Shown piece after piece: positions 15,441-28,083 of a stretch of 64,000 nucleotides of DNA. Numbering within the stretch: the stretch's first letter is position 1; every line of letters begins with the position of its first letter. The stretch lies in assembly GCF_009914755.1 (NCBI RefSeq), contig NC_060926.1; one strand, given 5' to 3'. The stretch is from the human T2T-CHM13v2.0 reference genome, Homo sapiens. Both the position numbers and the translations under genes were made by a program. The notes under the pieces were generated by a model. The model was not told where the DNA came from and did not search any database. It saw nothing but the letters and a program-made list of their open reading frames with translations.

Positions 15441-15856
15441 TGCAGTGAATTCTGTCATGATGCACCAGATTCCATTTATAAGGCTGGTGTATCCAGATGC
15501 TGTAATTGTGGCTGCTGAGTTCACAGCTCTTTTCCACAGAGTAGGCCCGAGTGAAATGGGAGCCTCCTGCCTGGGAAATTTTGTCCCCTTAGTAAGCACC
15601 TCACCATAAATGATTCTGGAGTATAAGAGCTACCACCCTTGTTTCAAGGTGTTGCTAATTACGATACATTTCTCTCTCGAGAGCTCCCTACACCATCAAG
15701 ATAACATCTATATTATATTCTAGGTGAAACCATATTTTTGCCTTCCTTTCCCGTGTTCTGTATGTCACACTCACTTTCTCGTAAAATAATCCCTTAAATT
15801 ACAAGCACATAAATTTCCATCTTAGGAGCTACTTCTATGGAACATGGCCTAAGACA
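15441..15856 (+). mobile_element. LTR16-family ERVL solo LTR
   Basis: 3' end acaagcacataaatttccatcttaggagctacttctatggaacatggcctaagaca resembles the LTR16 terminus. Confidence 0.6.
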
Positions 15857-16184
15857 GTTATGTATAAGTGAGGATGAAAACAAATTGAAAATGAGAAAGA
15901 CAGAAGCTGATTTTCCGAAGATACCTGCTAAACACATAATTTTGAAACCATGAAATTATTTTGCATAATTATAAAACAAAATTAACTCAGTTGCAACCCT
16001 CAGAAAATTTGATTCAAAATGAGACAAATAAACAAATGAATAAATGTCTATCCAGTTATTAGATATAACTACACAGGAGGAACTGCTTTAAGTTACATCA
16101 AAATGCTGCAATTTGTCTGTATATGTTTAGTGGGATATAGTCTAAGGGTAAAAAGAACTGAAAAAAACAAAGCTTAAGCTGCAT

Positions 16185-16526
16185 GTTTTTGTTTTTTTCC
16201 ATTTTTTGTTTGTTTGTTTGTTTGGCTGGTTGGTTTGTTTTTTTGAGACAGAGTCTTGCTCTGTCACCCAAGCTAGAATGCAGTGGCCCGATCTCGGGTG
16301 ACTGCAACCTCTCCCCCCTGGGTTCAAGCTGCTCTCCTGCCTCAGCCACCAGAGTAGCTGGGATTACAGGCATGTGCCACCACACTTGGCTAATTTCTGT
16401 ATTTTTAGTAGAGATGTGGTTTCTTTTTGTCGGCCAGGCTGTTCTCAAACTCCTGGCCTCAGGAGATCCACCCGCCTCAGCCTCCCAAAGTGCTGGGATT
16501 ACAGGCTTGAGCCACCCCGCCCAGCC
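16185..16526 (-). mobile_element. AluS (Sx/Sz-like)
   Basis: Antisense Alu with (TTTG)n tail; atgttttt on both flanks. Confidence 0.92.
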
Positions 16527-17243
16527 ATGTTTTTAATAACCACACTTTTGAAGGAGTCTTGGTATTGCTGTTCATGACTACTTTATATGTGTATTTTAGG
16601 ATAGAACAAATACAAAATTGTATTGGTAATGTTAAAGGCCAATGTTTTTAATATAGAAAAAAGGAGAAGATATGCTTTAGCCCTAAAAACAAAATTAGAA
16701 GTAGCCTCTCATAGCCACTGAAAAAGTCCAGAATCAAGCAAATGGGACACCATGCTGTGCTCTCTAATACCTTACCATTTTCTTTAAAAGGCTTTAAAAA
16801 GGAACCAAGGCTTCTAGTGAAATGGCTGATTCCAGATTTAGGGTAGGAAATGCACAAGGCGAGTCTGCATCAACTTGTAATATATAAAGCAGAAAAGCTA
16901 CCACCGACAACAAGGATCATATAAAATAGTTACCTAAGCCAACTTGGATAGTTTCCTGGAAGACAAAACTTTGTTATATCCATGAATTAACACTACTTAA
17001 AAATGAAATGTATTTAGGTGTGTTTATGTGTGTATCTATGTCTTTAGAATCTATCTAAAATTTTTGGAGGATGCTAGGGAACTTATTATTTTGAAAACTG
17101 GTATATAGAGAAAAAATTCAACTTCTTTATACATGCCTTTCAGATAATAAATGAAGAAAGAACGATAAAATAAGATGTAGGCAATATTCACCAATGGCTA
17201 GTAGTATCACATAAATAGAGATAATCAAATAGTACAGAAATCC

Positions 17244-17266
17244 TAATAATAATAATAATAATAATA
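17244..17266. repeat. (AAT)n microsatellite
   Basis: taataataataataataataata. Confidence 0.9.
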
Positions 17267-17539
17267 CAGAATGGCATGTTTAAAATGCTTTACGAAACAG
17301 TCAAATCTAACTCTAATAAAACCCCTAGATTTAACTACCAATTTACATTAAATTCGGATGTTGGGGAAACATACTATATGACGATTAGGGATGCAATCAG
17401 CAAAATCTAAAAAATAATGAAGTTCTACAGACAAAAACTAAATTGCCAGACAAGACAGAAATAAAGAAGGACAAAGAGAGGGTAGTAGTGGGGGGCGATG
17501 CAGAGGTGGGTGCATGGAAGAGAGAAGCATTATCAATAG

Positions 17540-17675
17540 CAGCAGTTTTCTATTAAAAAGATTGACACTCAGATCACAGCCCATACCAAATGAATTTAAA
17601 TTTATGGGGATGAAAACCAGGCATTTGTATTTTTTGAAGATTCTTAGGTGATTTCAAAAGGCAGCAAAGTAGGAG
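17540..17675. mobile_element. MER5-like hAT-Charlie fragment
   Basis: ccaggcatttgtattttttgaagattcttaggtgatttc. Confidence 0.5.
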
Positions 17676-18039
17676 GGTAGGGTAACAATCATGTATAGAT
17701 TAAAAGAGACTTAAGAGAACTACCGAACAGTGTTTCAGTGTGTGGACTTTCATCAGATCCTGTTTCAAACGTCAAATATAAGAAATAACAAATATTAACC
17801 AATTTGCAAAAGGTAGACTCTGACTGGATATTTGGTAATAAAAATAAATTGCTTTAGATGAAATCATGATATTTAATCTTTAAGGAGTGCTTAGTTGTTA
17901 AAGACTCACACCAAAATGCTTATGTGTGAAATGATATGTCTTATGATCTTGGGATGGGGGGTAGATGGATATAGATGTATATAGGAAACGCTGTGTCATA
18001 AGGTGATCACTGTTGAAGCCTTGTTACAGGGATAGGGGA

Positions 18040-18524
18040 GGCCAAGAACACAAAGTTTCTCAGATTTTATCCTACTTCCAAGCTAACAATTTAGCTTGCC
18101 ATAGTTTCATGAATGCTGACAAAAGACCACAAAATTTCATGATTAGAGACAATACTTTATAATTCACAGTAATTGCAACAGGGTATCAGTGCTAGTTCCC
18201 TGAGCCACAATTTCCACAAGCCAACATGAAAAGGGCCAGGTTACACCAAAAAAATAGATTGTGTTACAGAAGAAGAATCTTGAGCTTAGGGAACTGAACC
18301 TTTCATGATCAACGGTTTGCTTACCTTACCTTTGCCTGAGAGGGAAATATCTTTATTATACTAAACACTAAATACATTTTCTCTTTGCTCCAGAGGGAGA
18401 CACTATCTCTAGCTTCCAAAGCTGTTTACTATAGAAACAACTTTTAAAAGACCTCTTTGTTTAGTGCCTTTGCTTGGACAATTGGCAGAAATGCAAAAGA
18501 CTCATGAAGAATTGGATCCCAGTA
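18040..18524 (-). mobile_element. LTR40-like ERVL solo LTR
   Basis: agattttatcctacttccaagctaacaa...tttgctccagagggagacactatctcta...catgaagaattggatccca. Confidence 0.7.
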
Positions 18525-18579
18525 GGTAAGTTCATTTTACTAACCTATCATTGTACAGTTTGGAATTATTATAATAAAA

Positions 18580-19450
18580 AACACCAAATATATCAGTAAT
18601 CACAACTAATATAAAAAGAGTAATCTCTCCAATTCAAAAAGCAATAATTACCAGAATCAATTAAAAACAATTCTATCTATGTACAATTTGCAAAAGCCAT
18701 AAAATACAAAATAAGGAGACACGAAAGCTTTTGCAATAAAATTCTAGAACAACATATACTAGGTAAATATTTACCAACAGAAAGCTCATCTTGCGATATC
18801 AAATATAATAGTCTAAATATAAAAAAGACTTACCAGAAATAAGGTTAAAAGTTTAGTTCAGCAATAAAATAATGTTTCACAATTTATGTTCCCAGAAATA
18901 GACTTAAAATACATAAAGCAAATATTGACAGAGTTAACGTAGAAACTAATAAGTTCATTACCATGGTTAGAGATTATTAACACATCTATTTAGTAATTGA
19001 GACATCTGACCGGCAAAAAAGTCTGTAAGCATCTGTAAGATTTGATTAAGACACTAGCAAGTTTAATTTAAATGCCATTTATCTAATAGTTCACTCAATG
19101 AAAGAATAGTATGAAGCATTTATTCTATTGCCAGATACAAAGCTAGAAAGCCAGCTCCAACAAATTTCAAATAATTTTCTCTCAGGCAAGACAAATTCCC
19201 TGACTACATTGTGACTGCTAGAAATCAAGAGCAAAAAGAACACTAAAAAAATGTGAAAGCTTTATAGGTTTTAAAACACAACTCAACTCAGGACAAACAA
19301 AGGAAAACTCATAATAGACAAACAGTTTTATTTAGGAATTGCATATCAAATCTCAGGTAATATAACTAAAGCAATACTTGAAAAAATGTATTAGCTTCAA
19401 TCAATAACTTCAGAAAAAAAGAACAGACTAAATATTAATGTGCCTTGTTG
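18580..19450 (+). mobile_element. Ancient L1 (L1M) ORF2 endonuclease-region remnant
   Basis: aaatatatcagtaatcaca..., aaatacataaagcaaatattgacaga, ggttagagattattaacacatct resemble the decayed 5' part of ORF2. Confidence 0.6.
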
Positions 19451-19537
19451 CCAAGCCCAAAGTATTTCCTACTTTGGGAACAAAATGTATTAGCTTAAAT
19501 CAATAACTTATAGGAGTTATAGGACTTCCAGGTCATC

Positions 19538-19840
19538 TTTTTTTTTTTTTTTCTTTTGAGATGGAGTCTCACTCTTGTTGCCCAGTCTGGAGTGCAATGG
19601 CGTGATCTTGGCTTACTGCAGCTTCTGCTACCTGTGTTCTAGCAATTCTCCTGCCTCAGCCTCCCGAGTAGCTGAGATTACAGGCACCCTCCATCACACC
19701 TGGCTAATTTTTGTATTTTTAGTAGAGACGGGGTTTCACCATGTTGGCCAGGTTGGTCTCAAACTCCTGACTTCAAGTGATTCGTCCACCTCGGCCTCCC
19801 AAAGTGCTGTGATTAAAGGCATGACCCACCGCGCCCAGCC
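19538..19840 (-). mobile_element. AluS (Sx/Sz-like)
   Basis: Antisense Alu with poly(T); approximate TSD aggtcatctt / agatcatctt. Confidence 0.92.
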
Positions 19841-20165
19841 AAGATCATCTTCTGAGTTGCTGTTATAGGACTGAGGTTCCTTTTTGCTGACAGACTATGG
19901 CTGGAGGGTTCTCTCAGCAACCAAAGATTGCCGTCTGATACTAGCAATGTGCCTCTTGTACAACATGAAAGAATCCTTCTTCAAAGGCATTAGGAGCCTC
20001 TCTCTCCAGTTGGCTAAGACGGAGGCTTATAAAACCAAATGTAACCAAGGAAGCAAGTATCCAATCATATTCACACTCAAAACTTTGCCCACACTCAAAG
20101 CTTTGCAATTATACAGCCCTGTGTGCCATAGGGTGGGAGTTTTCGGGGTCATCTTAGAATTTCAT
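19841..20165 (-). mobile_element. MLT1 (E/F-like) LTR fragment
   Basis: gttataggactgaggttcc...ggggtcatcttagaatt. Confidence 0.6.
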
Positions 20166-20194
20166 TTTAAACCCTATCTATTTTAGGTATTTAT

Positions 20195-21199
20195 TTATAT
20201 ATTTTCTTTCTGACTTTTATTTTAGGTTGAGGAATAAATGTGCAGTTGTTACATAGTTAAATTACATGTCACAGGGGTTTAATGTATAGATTATTTTGTC
20301 ACCCAGGTAATAAGCATAGTACTCAATGGGTAGTTTTTCCATCCTCACCTTCCTCCCATCTTCCATCCTCAAATAGGCCCCATTATCTATTGTTCTTTTC
20401 TTTGTCCTTGTGTACTTAATGTTTAGCTCCTACTTAACAAGGGAGAACATGTGGTACTTGGTTTTCTGTTTCTGCATTAATTCGCTTAGGAAAATGGCCT
20501 CCAGCTCAATTTGTGTTGCTGCAAGGCCATTATCTCATTTTGTATAGTTGTGTAGTGTTCCATACGGTGTATGTACCACATTTTCTTTATCCAATCCAGC
20601 ATTGATGGGCATCTAGTTTAGTTCCATGTCTTTGTTATTGTGTATAGTGCTGAGAGTTACATATGCATGCATGTGTCTTTGTGGTAGAATGGTTTTTATT
20701 CTTTTGGGTATGCCCAAGGATGGTATTGATGGGTTGACTGGTAGTTCTGTTTTAAGTTCTTTGAGAAACCTCCAGACTGCTCTTCACTATGGCTGAACTA
20801 ATGTGTATTTCCATCAGCAGTGTATAGACATTCCTTTTTCTCTGCAACCTCGCCAGCATCTGTTAGCTTTTGAGTTTGTAATAATAGCCATTCTGACTGA
20901 TGAGAGATGATATCTCATTGTGGTTTTGATTTGCATTCCCTAATGATTAGTGATATTGAGCACGGTTTTACATGTTTGTTGGTCACATGTAAGTCTTCCT
21001 TTGAGAAGGGTCTGTTCATGTTGTTTGCTCATTTTTTAATGGGATTGTTTGTTTTTTGCTTGTTGATTTGTTTGATTGAATTCCTTATAGATTCTGGATA
21101 GGAGAATTTGTCAGATACATAGTTTGCAAATATATTCTCCTATTCTGCAGGTTGTCTGTTCTATTTACTCTGTTGATAGTTTCTTTCGCTTTGCAGAAG
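20195..21199 (-). mobile_element. 5'-truncated L1PA15/16-like element (3' UTR plus end of ORF2)
   Basis: attattttgtcacccaggtaataagcatagta; atatctcattgtggttttgatttgcatt; tttgagaagggtctgttcatg. Confidence 0.85.
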
Positions 21200-21792
21200 T
21201 AAAATCACTGTTAAATTCTTAACTTAAAATAGTTTTCACATCAGTATCTTTTAAAATTTAATTGTATAATCTATTTATTTTCTCTTATTCCTGTTTAGAA
21301 TCTAGTCATCATTAGATTAGACACCTTCTCTGACTTTTTCACTGCTCTTTTTTCATGCTTATAATGAACCTTGAAAGAGGGGAAATATTCTATAGTGCTG
21401 CACATATAAATATATGATTTAATGGTCTCTAAAAAGAAGTCATACATTCAGGGGAAAAATATATTTTTATGTCTACCTTATAATGGAACACCAGAATGAA
21501 ATGCAGCTGAGATAGCAGATGAAATGTAAAGATATAAATAAAGCAAAGATATGTAAAGTGCATATGCACATACATGTGTATGCACAAATATATTAAACCT
21601 TGTGGATTGAGGAAGCATATCTAAGAATGATGCCAAATTCAGGAATCATAAAGAATAAAAGATTTGACTACATAATAAAATTTCTATAGACTAGAAAACA
21701 TTATTAAAATGGTTGTTTTTTTAAAAAAGACAAACTCCAAACTTTTAATAGATATGATTTTAAAATAATTATATATAATTAGAATATACAGA

Positions 21793-22081
21793 TTTTTATT
21801 TTATTTTATTTTTTGACAGAGTCTCACTCTGTTGCCAGGCTGGAGTGCAGTGACAATCTTGGCTCACTGCAACCTCTGCCTCCCAGGTTCAAGCGAATTC
21901 TCCTGCCTCAGCCTCCCAAGTAGCTGGGACTATAGGCACACGCTACCACGCTCAGCAAATTTTTGTATTTTTAGTAGAGGCAAGGTTTCACCATGTTGGC
22001 CAGGATGGTCTCGATCTCCTGACCTCGTGATCCGCCCACCTCGGCCTCCCAAAGTGCTGGCGTGAGCCACTGCGCCCGGCC
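21793..22081 (-). mobile_element. AluSc-like
   Basis: ccaggatggtctcgatctcctgacctcgtgatcc diagnostics; 17-bp TSD gaatatacagattttta. Confidence 0.93.
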
Positions 22082-22583
22082 ATGAATATACAGATTTTTA
22101 AGATAAAGACAGACATCCTAATTTTTGTAAATGGACAAAAAATATTAAAAGAAATATTTTAGAAGAGATGCAATGGGTCATGCTAATAAAATACTTTACT
22201 ATATTTTCCTATCAGAGTAGTAAACATTAAGCCAGTGAAGTGCCATTTTTTTTTATCTTTCTGTTGATAACAGTAAAAACAATGATGCTACTCAATATTG
22301 CTAAAAAAAAGCTTCTTATACACAGTCAGTAGGAAGGAAAATTGATGCAACATTTCTGAAGAGAAATGAGGTAATCAATATCAAAATTTATTTTAATCTA
22401 TAAATTCAACAGCTTGGAACTGATTGGACATCATCTAATTAGTGTTCTATAGAAAATTGGAAACAAATTTTTGTTTAATTAAATATTATGCTAAATTCAT
22501 AAAATGCTATATAATTTATTCACTTCAAATGAATTATTTTATTTTAAAATCATTTAATTTATTAATTTAAAATGGTGATATAG

Positions 22584-22907
<324 letters not shown>

Positions 22908-23719
22908 CAGATTTATCTTTTATATGCAGTGCTAGACATCTAAAATATACTTCATATGCAAAATTACATAGATGTATATAGTTAGCTAAATATCTCTCTG
23001 AAGGGCTAAAGAGGTTTTGGGATCATTTTACTCTAACTAAAACACTTTAAAAATAAAAAATAAAAAAGAGAAGAAAATAAATAAACCTCCCTGACACCCT
23101 GACAAAAGTTTCAGTAATCTGTTCAAAGTTAGTGACACAGCTAATGGCAGATTTTTCTCTTTTTTGTATTATGCACTTTTTATTTTTTTGCTTTCTATTA
23201 TAAATGTGTTGCTTCTGTGCTGAAAAAGATGTTTCAATGTTAGTTTTAATTAAATCATTTTCAACTAGGCATTAAGCTCTTAAAAAGATCATTTATAAAA
23301 TAAAGTGTAAAAATACTCAAAATCACTCAAACATAAAAATGTCAAGTATCTAGGATTATTTTTATCTCTAACACAATGGCCTCAAAGTCTAAGTAAAAAT
23401 AACCAGTTTACCTGAACAGAGATCACTAGACTGAAAAATCAATCCATTTGTATCAAAGTCCTCCACAGAGTGTCCTAGTCAGATAATCTGCAAGTCTTTT
23501 GACTTCTCAGACTTCTTCTCTTACTTTTTTTTTGCTTTCTGTAGTAGAAACTGCTGACTTGTCAGCTAATGCAGGCTGAAGGCACTATGGTGTAGAAAAA
23601 AAAGCACAGGGAGGACAAAAAAAATCTTAAATCATCTAATGTTAATTTAAAAAACTAGACTACATGCATCACAAGAAACGAGGTGAAGCTCATTTGTTGC
23701 AACTTGAACAATTTTATTC

Positions 23720-23868
23720 CAGTAGTCCTCAAACTTTATTATGCCCCAGAATCACCTGGAAGGCACTGTAACACACAAATGGCTGAGACCCACCTCCAGA
23801 GTTCTAATTTAGATTTTGTATGAGCTCCTAGGCATAGTTAGTTCAGGACAACATTTTACAAATCACTG
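23720..23868. mobile_element. MER5A-like hAT-Charlie MITE
   Basis: cagtagtcctcaaactt...cagaatcacctgga ... acaaatcactg; inverted termini. Confidence 0.7.
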
Positions 23869-24164
23869 CTGCAGTGCCACCCTTAGTTGACTACTTTCTT
23901 AAAAGTTATAGCCATGGAAAGGATATAGATGTAGATGATCAAGATAGAGATATACTAGCTAGATATACTAGATAAACTAGATATACAGATAGAGATAGTT
24001 CAACCATCTTCCCCACCAAAATGTAATCTCCACAAGTCAATAAGTAAAACGTAAAATCAAATATGTCCTTGAAATAATTCAGATATAAAAAAGGCATTCA
24101 AGAAGACAAAATACAATGGCATTGTACAAAGTGCCCACGGGTTGGTGTATCAAGTATGGTGGGT

Positions 24165-24480
24165 AAAGGCTAACTTTTTTAAAGGGATTACATTTAAATT
24201 CAGAACAGAAAAGAAACTAAGAAAATTCTCGTTAATAATATGGAGAGGAAGTGTTCCAAGCAAGAGAAACAGAAAGTTCAAGGCCCTAGAATGGTACTGA
24301 GATTGGAGAAATAATAGGGTAGAAAGAAGCTTGAATCTTACACTTTGCAATGGGAATAGAAGAACAAGAATCTTGTTTTGTCTGTCTCTGAATCCCAATG
24401 CCTCAACTAATGCCTGATACATAGAAAGTGTTCAATATGTATTTGTTTAAGAAATAAATGTGAATTATTAAAGGGATGAA
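24165..24480. mobile_element. L2 fragments in both orientations
   Basis: Antisense gtgttccaagcaagagaaacag, then sense 3' end tgcctgatacatagaaagtgttcaatatgtatttg. Confidence 0.55.
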
Positions 24481-25009
24481 TGAGCAAGTTGCTGGGGAGA
24501 AATGTGGGTATGGATTTCAGTGGATGGGAACATCCTTCTTGCAAACAGAGATATAACTATTTTTATAGCTTTGGTTTAGTATTACAAATAACAAAATAAA
24601 TTGTCAACATTTACTCTCAGATTGCTCTTACAAGTATCAAGCAAAGGACAACTTGCTATTATAACTAAAATTGCAGTACAAGAAATAAAATATTAACATA
24701 GTTTTGTATTTGAACATTCTGGAGTGACTGTGAACCACAAGAATATAGCAGAGATAAAGATATTTAGAAAATATTGACGGGCATGCATTGCCTTCCAATG
24801 CTTGAGTTTGTACTATAGAGATAAGACCAAAACTTGGGTAATTGCTACAGCCTTCACTTTGAGCAAGCTGGGAAGTGTGGATAAGCAATGTTTCATATAA
24901 ACTGAGACTATTTTCGTCTTATCTGCGAGTGATGTTAAACATTGGTGCATTTTCTTCTTACATTTTCATTATTATTAAGAAATTTAATACAGTGTTCAAT
25001 GCATTTTAG

Positions 25010-25320
<311 letters not shown>

Positions 25321-25321
25321 T

Positions 25322-25399
25322 CAGTGAGCTGAGATCGCATCACTGCACTCCAGCCTGGGCAACAGAGCGAGACTCCATCTCAAAAAAAATAAAATAAAA
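25322..25399 (+). mobile_element. Alu 3'-terminal fragment with A tail, fused to the preceding inverted Alu
   Basis: cagtgagctgagatcgcatcactgcactccagcctgggcaacagagcgagactccatctcaaaaaaaa. Confidence 0.92.
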
Positions 25400-26199
25400 C
25401 CTCTTCCTTAAGTAGGTATTATCCATGGTATGATTCACTATTATTTATTATATTTTTTCTTTTTTTAAACTATAAAAATACCACATGCAAAAAGATGCAA
25501 GAAGTCCTATATAAAAATAAATATAATGGAAAGTGAAAATGAAAACTTCAAAGCTTTTCTTTCTCCTGTCTCACCACAACTTGGCATACAAAATTACTGA
25601 CCTTTCTCTATGATGTTGTAAATTATATATATTAAATATGTGCATATTATTAAGTATATGTTTTCTATAACCCACATTTAAAAAATCTGAAAAAAGTCTA
25701 TTAAAGAATAATTTTTAAACAAAGTTGACTCTCATAATGGTAACATATGTTAAAGAGCTTATTTAAATCATTCTTAGTGAGAAAACTGTGAAGGTTTGTT
25801 AACCCATTCAAAGGAGAGTTCCAAACATACAAATATTCATAGATCAGGAATATGGAAGTGAATGTGCAAAAGGAGGCAAAGTGGCTTCTTCTACATTGGG
25901 AGGGGGAATTAAACTGAACTTTTACAGCACAGAATTAGCATATCTATACACAGGATCTTGCATTGTTACCAATCTCTATAATTTGGAGTTCTATAACTAG
26001 CTCAAAAGCAATATAAAGCTAGAACTGGATGACCAATTCCATGCGTGCTCTAGACAATGCTTAATTTTCCACTGATGCAGAAATTTCTCCCTACAAAACA
26101 AATGGAAATTTTATATTTTTATTATACATATCAGCTAAATCTCATTCAGCCAACTTATAAGAGGTTATGCATGGTAAAAATGAGAAATGTTCCTTCATG

Positions 26200-26960
26200 G
26201 TTTGTAATTTTTTATATACATTTTACAAACACACCTATATGTGCACACACACATTCTTTCCAGGATGTAACATGTAGAGCATTTCTTTTGCTATAGCACA
26301 TTCACTAGAGTAGATATAATCTATTCAAACACTCCTATTAATGTACATTAATTTATTGCTTCTGTTGTTACAAAAAAATACCACCATAATTCTTATAATA
26401 TTCAGTATTATTCTACCTGATGCTTTCATTTCTCTAGGTCAGATTTCTCTAAAATTTTTGAATCAATAATCATGAAATTTTTCCTACCAACTATTATTGA
26501 ACTCGTTTTCAAAAACCTTGAGATGAGTTAAACTCTACCAGACACATATGAAGCAATCTATCCATACCATGACCTGTGCTGTTTAGCAACATTTTATTTT
26601 TTTTCAATCTAAGTGGAATTCTTAGAAGCCCTAGAATATGAGTGACTTTGTGAATTTCTATCCAGGAGCATCATAGGACTTCTTTCCATTTATTGTTGTA
26701 GGTCCTTAAATAAAATGTTTTGTTTAATCTACTTAAAAAATATTTTATTAGAAATATTTTACTTTCTTTAAATAGATTCTATATTTTAAAAACTCCTCCT
26801 CTCTCTCTCTCCGCATATATATTTCAGCATATGGCATATGAAAACACAGTTTTTTTAAAAAAAATCTCATATCCACTCTGCTTATGAGATTATCTCAATT
26901 TTAGTAGTTTCTTATTTGATCTCTTTTTTGATGACATTATGATATTTAATGATATTATAA
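26200..26960 (-). mobile_element. Ancient L1ME-like fragment
   Basis: T-rich, with weak antisense L1 3' motifs (ctattcaaacactcctattaatgtacattaa). Confidence 0.4.
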
Positions 26961-26974
26961 ACATGTCCTGGAAC

Positions 26975-27524
26975 TGTTAGAGGAAATGGGTCCAAATCCA
27001 GACACCAAGAGAGGGTTCTCGGATCTGGCGCAAGAAATAATTCAGAGTGAGCCTGGACTAAAGTGAAAGCAAGTTTTTTAGGAAAGAAAAGGAATAAAAT
27101 AATGGCTACTCTATAGACAGAGTAGTCACAAGGGCTGCTGGTTGTTCATTTTTTTAACGGTTATTTCTTGATTATATGCTAAACAAGGGGTGGATTATTC
27201 ATGCCTCCCCTTTCTAGACCATACTGGGTAACTTCCCGATGTTGCCATGGCATTCGTAAACTGTCATTACACTGGTGGGAGTGTATCAGGAGGACGACCA
27301 GAGGTCACTCTCGTCACCATCTTGGTTTTGGTGGGATTTGGCAGGCTTCTTTACTGCAACCTGTTTTATTAGCAAGGTCTTTATGACCTGTATCTTGTGC
27401 TGAGCTCCTATCTCCTATAAGTTAGAATGTCTTAACCATCTGGGAATGTGGCCCAGAGGTCTCAGCCTTATTTTACCTAGCCCCCATTAAAGATGGAGTT
27501 GCTCTGGTTCACATGCTTCTGACA
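26975..27524 (-). mobile_element. MER41A solo LTR (ERV1)
   Basis: TG...CA termini; agatggagttgctctggttcacatgcttctgaca; 550 bp; 4-bp TSD gaac/gaat. Confidence 0.88.
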
Positions 27525-27736
27525 GAATTAAACACTGTAAGCTGATGTCCTACAATAGAGAACCTAGGATTCTAAGATCCTGGATCTAGAAGTCACCTTC
27601 CCAAGAAGCAACACCATTTTCTTCCACTCCTGAGTATTCTAAACTTAGGATTGGTGTGGAACTAGGAACAGACCTGTGATAACAGAGGCCTCCTGGATTG
27701 CTGATGACTGAAATCTTACCTGAAAGTTAGTCTTCC

Positions 27737-28083
27737 TGTTAAAAATTTTAACTCAGCCCAAGCTGGATGCCTCTGGCACTTTGGATTCCTACAAACAAAC
27801 TGAAGCCTGGGTGTAAAGACATAAGCTTGACCAATCAGAAACTGCTAATTAACCTTTAAGTGGGAACTTTCAGTTGGATCACTCTCAAATAAGGCAAAGG
27901 CCTAGCTCTAGCTAATCAAGTAATTGCTTCACTTCTGCATCCAGCCTATGCAAGCCCTGTGCTCACACTGCTAAACTGGGGCACTCTGAGCCTCTTTTGG
28001 TTTTAAATGCTGCCTGCATCATGAATCGTTTAATGCTCAAATAAACTGTTAAATTTATCTTGTCTGAAGTTTTCCTTTTAACA
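27737..28083 (+). mobile_element. MER93/MER57-group ERV1 solo LTR
   Basis: tgttaaaa ... taagcttgaccaatcagaaactgc ... aaataaggcaaa ... ttttaaca; flanked by cttcc / cttct. Confidence 0.7.

Larger units (their letters stand above)
15880..18580 (+). mobile_element. Old L1 3' UTR (L1MC4/L1MD-like), interrupted by Alu, MER5 and LTR40
   Basis: ctagtgaaatggctgattccag...ggaaatgcacaagg; gatcactgttgaagc ... gttcattttact...ataataaaaa terminus. Confidence 0.6.
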
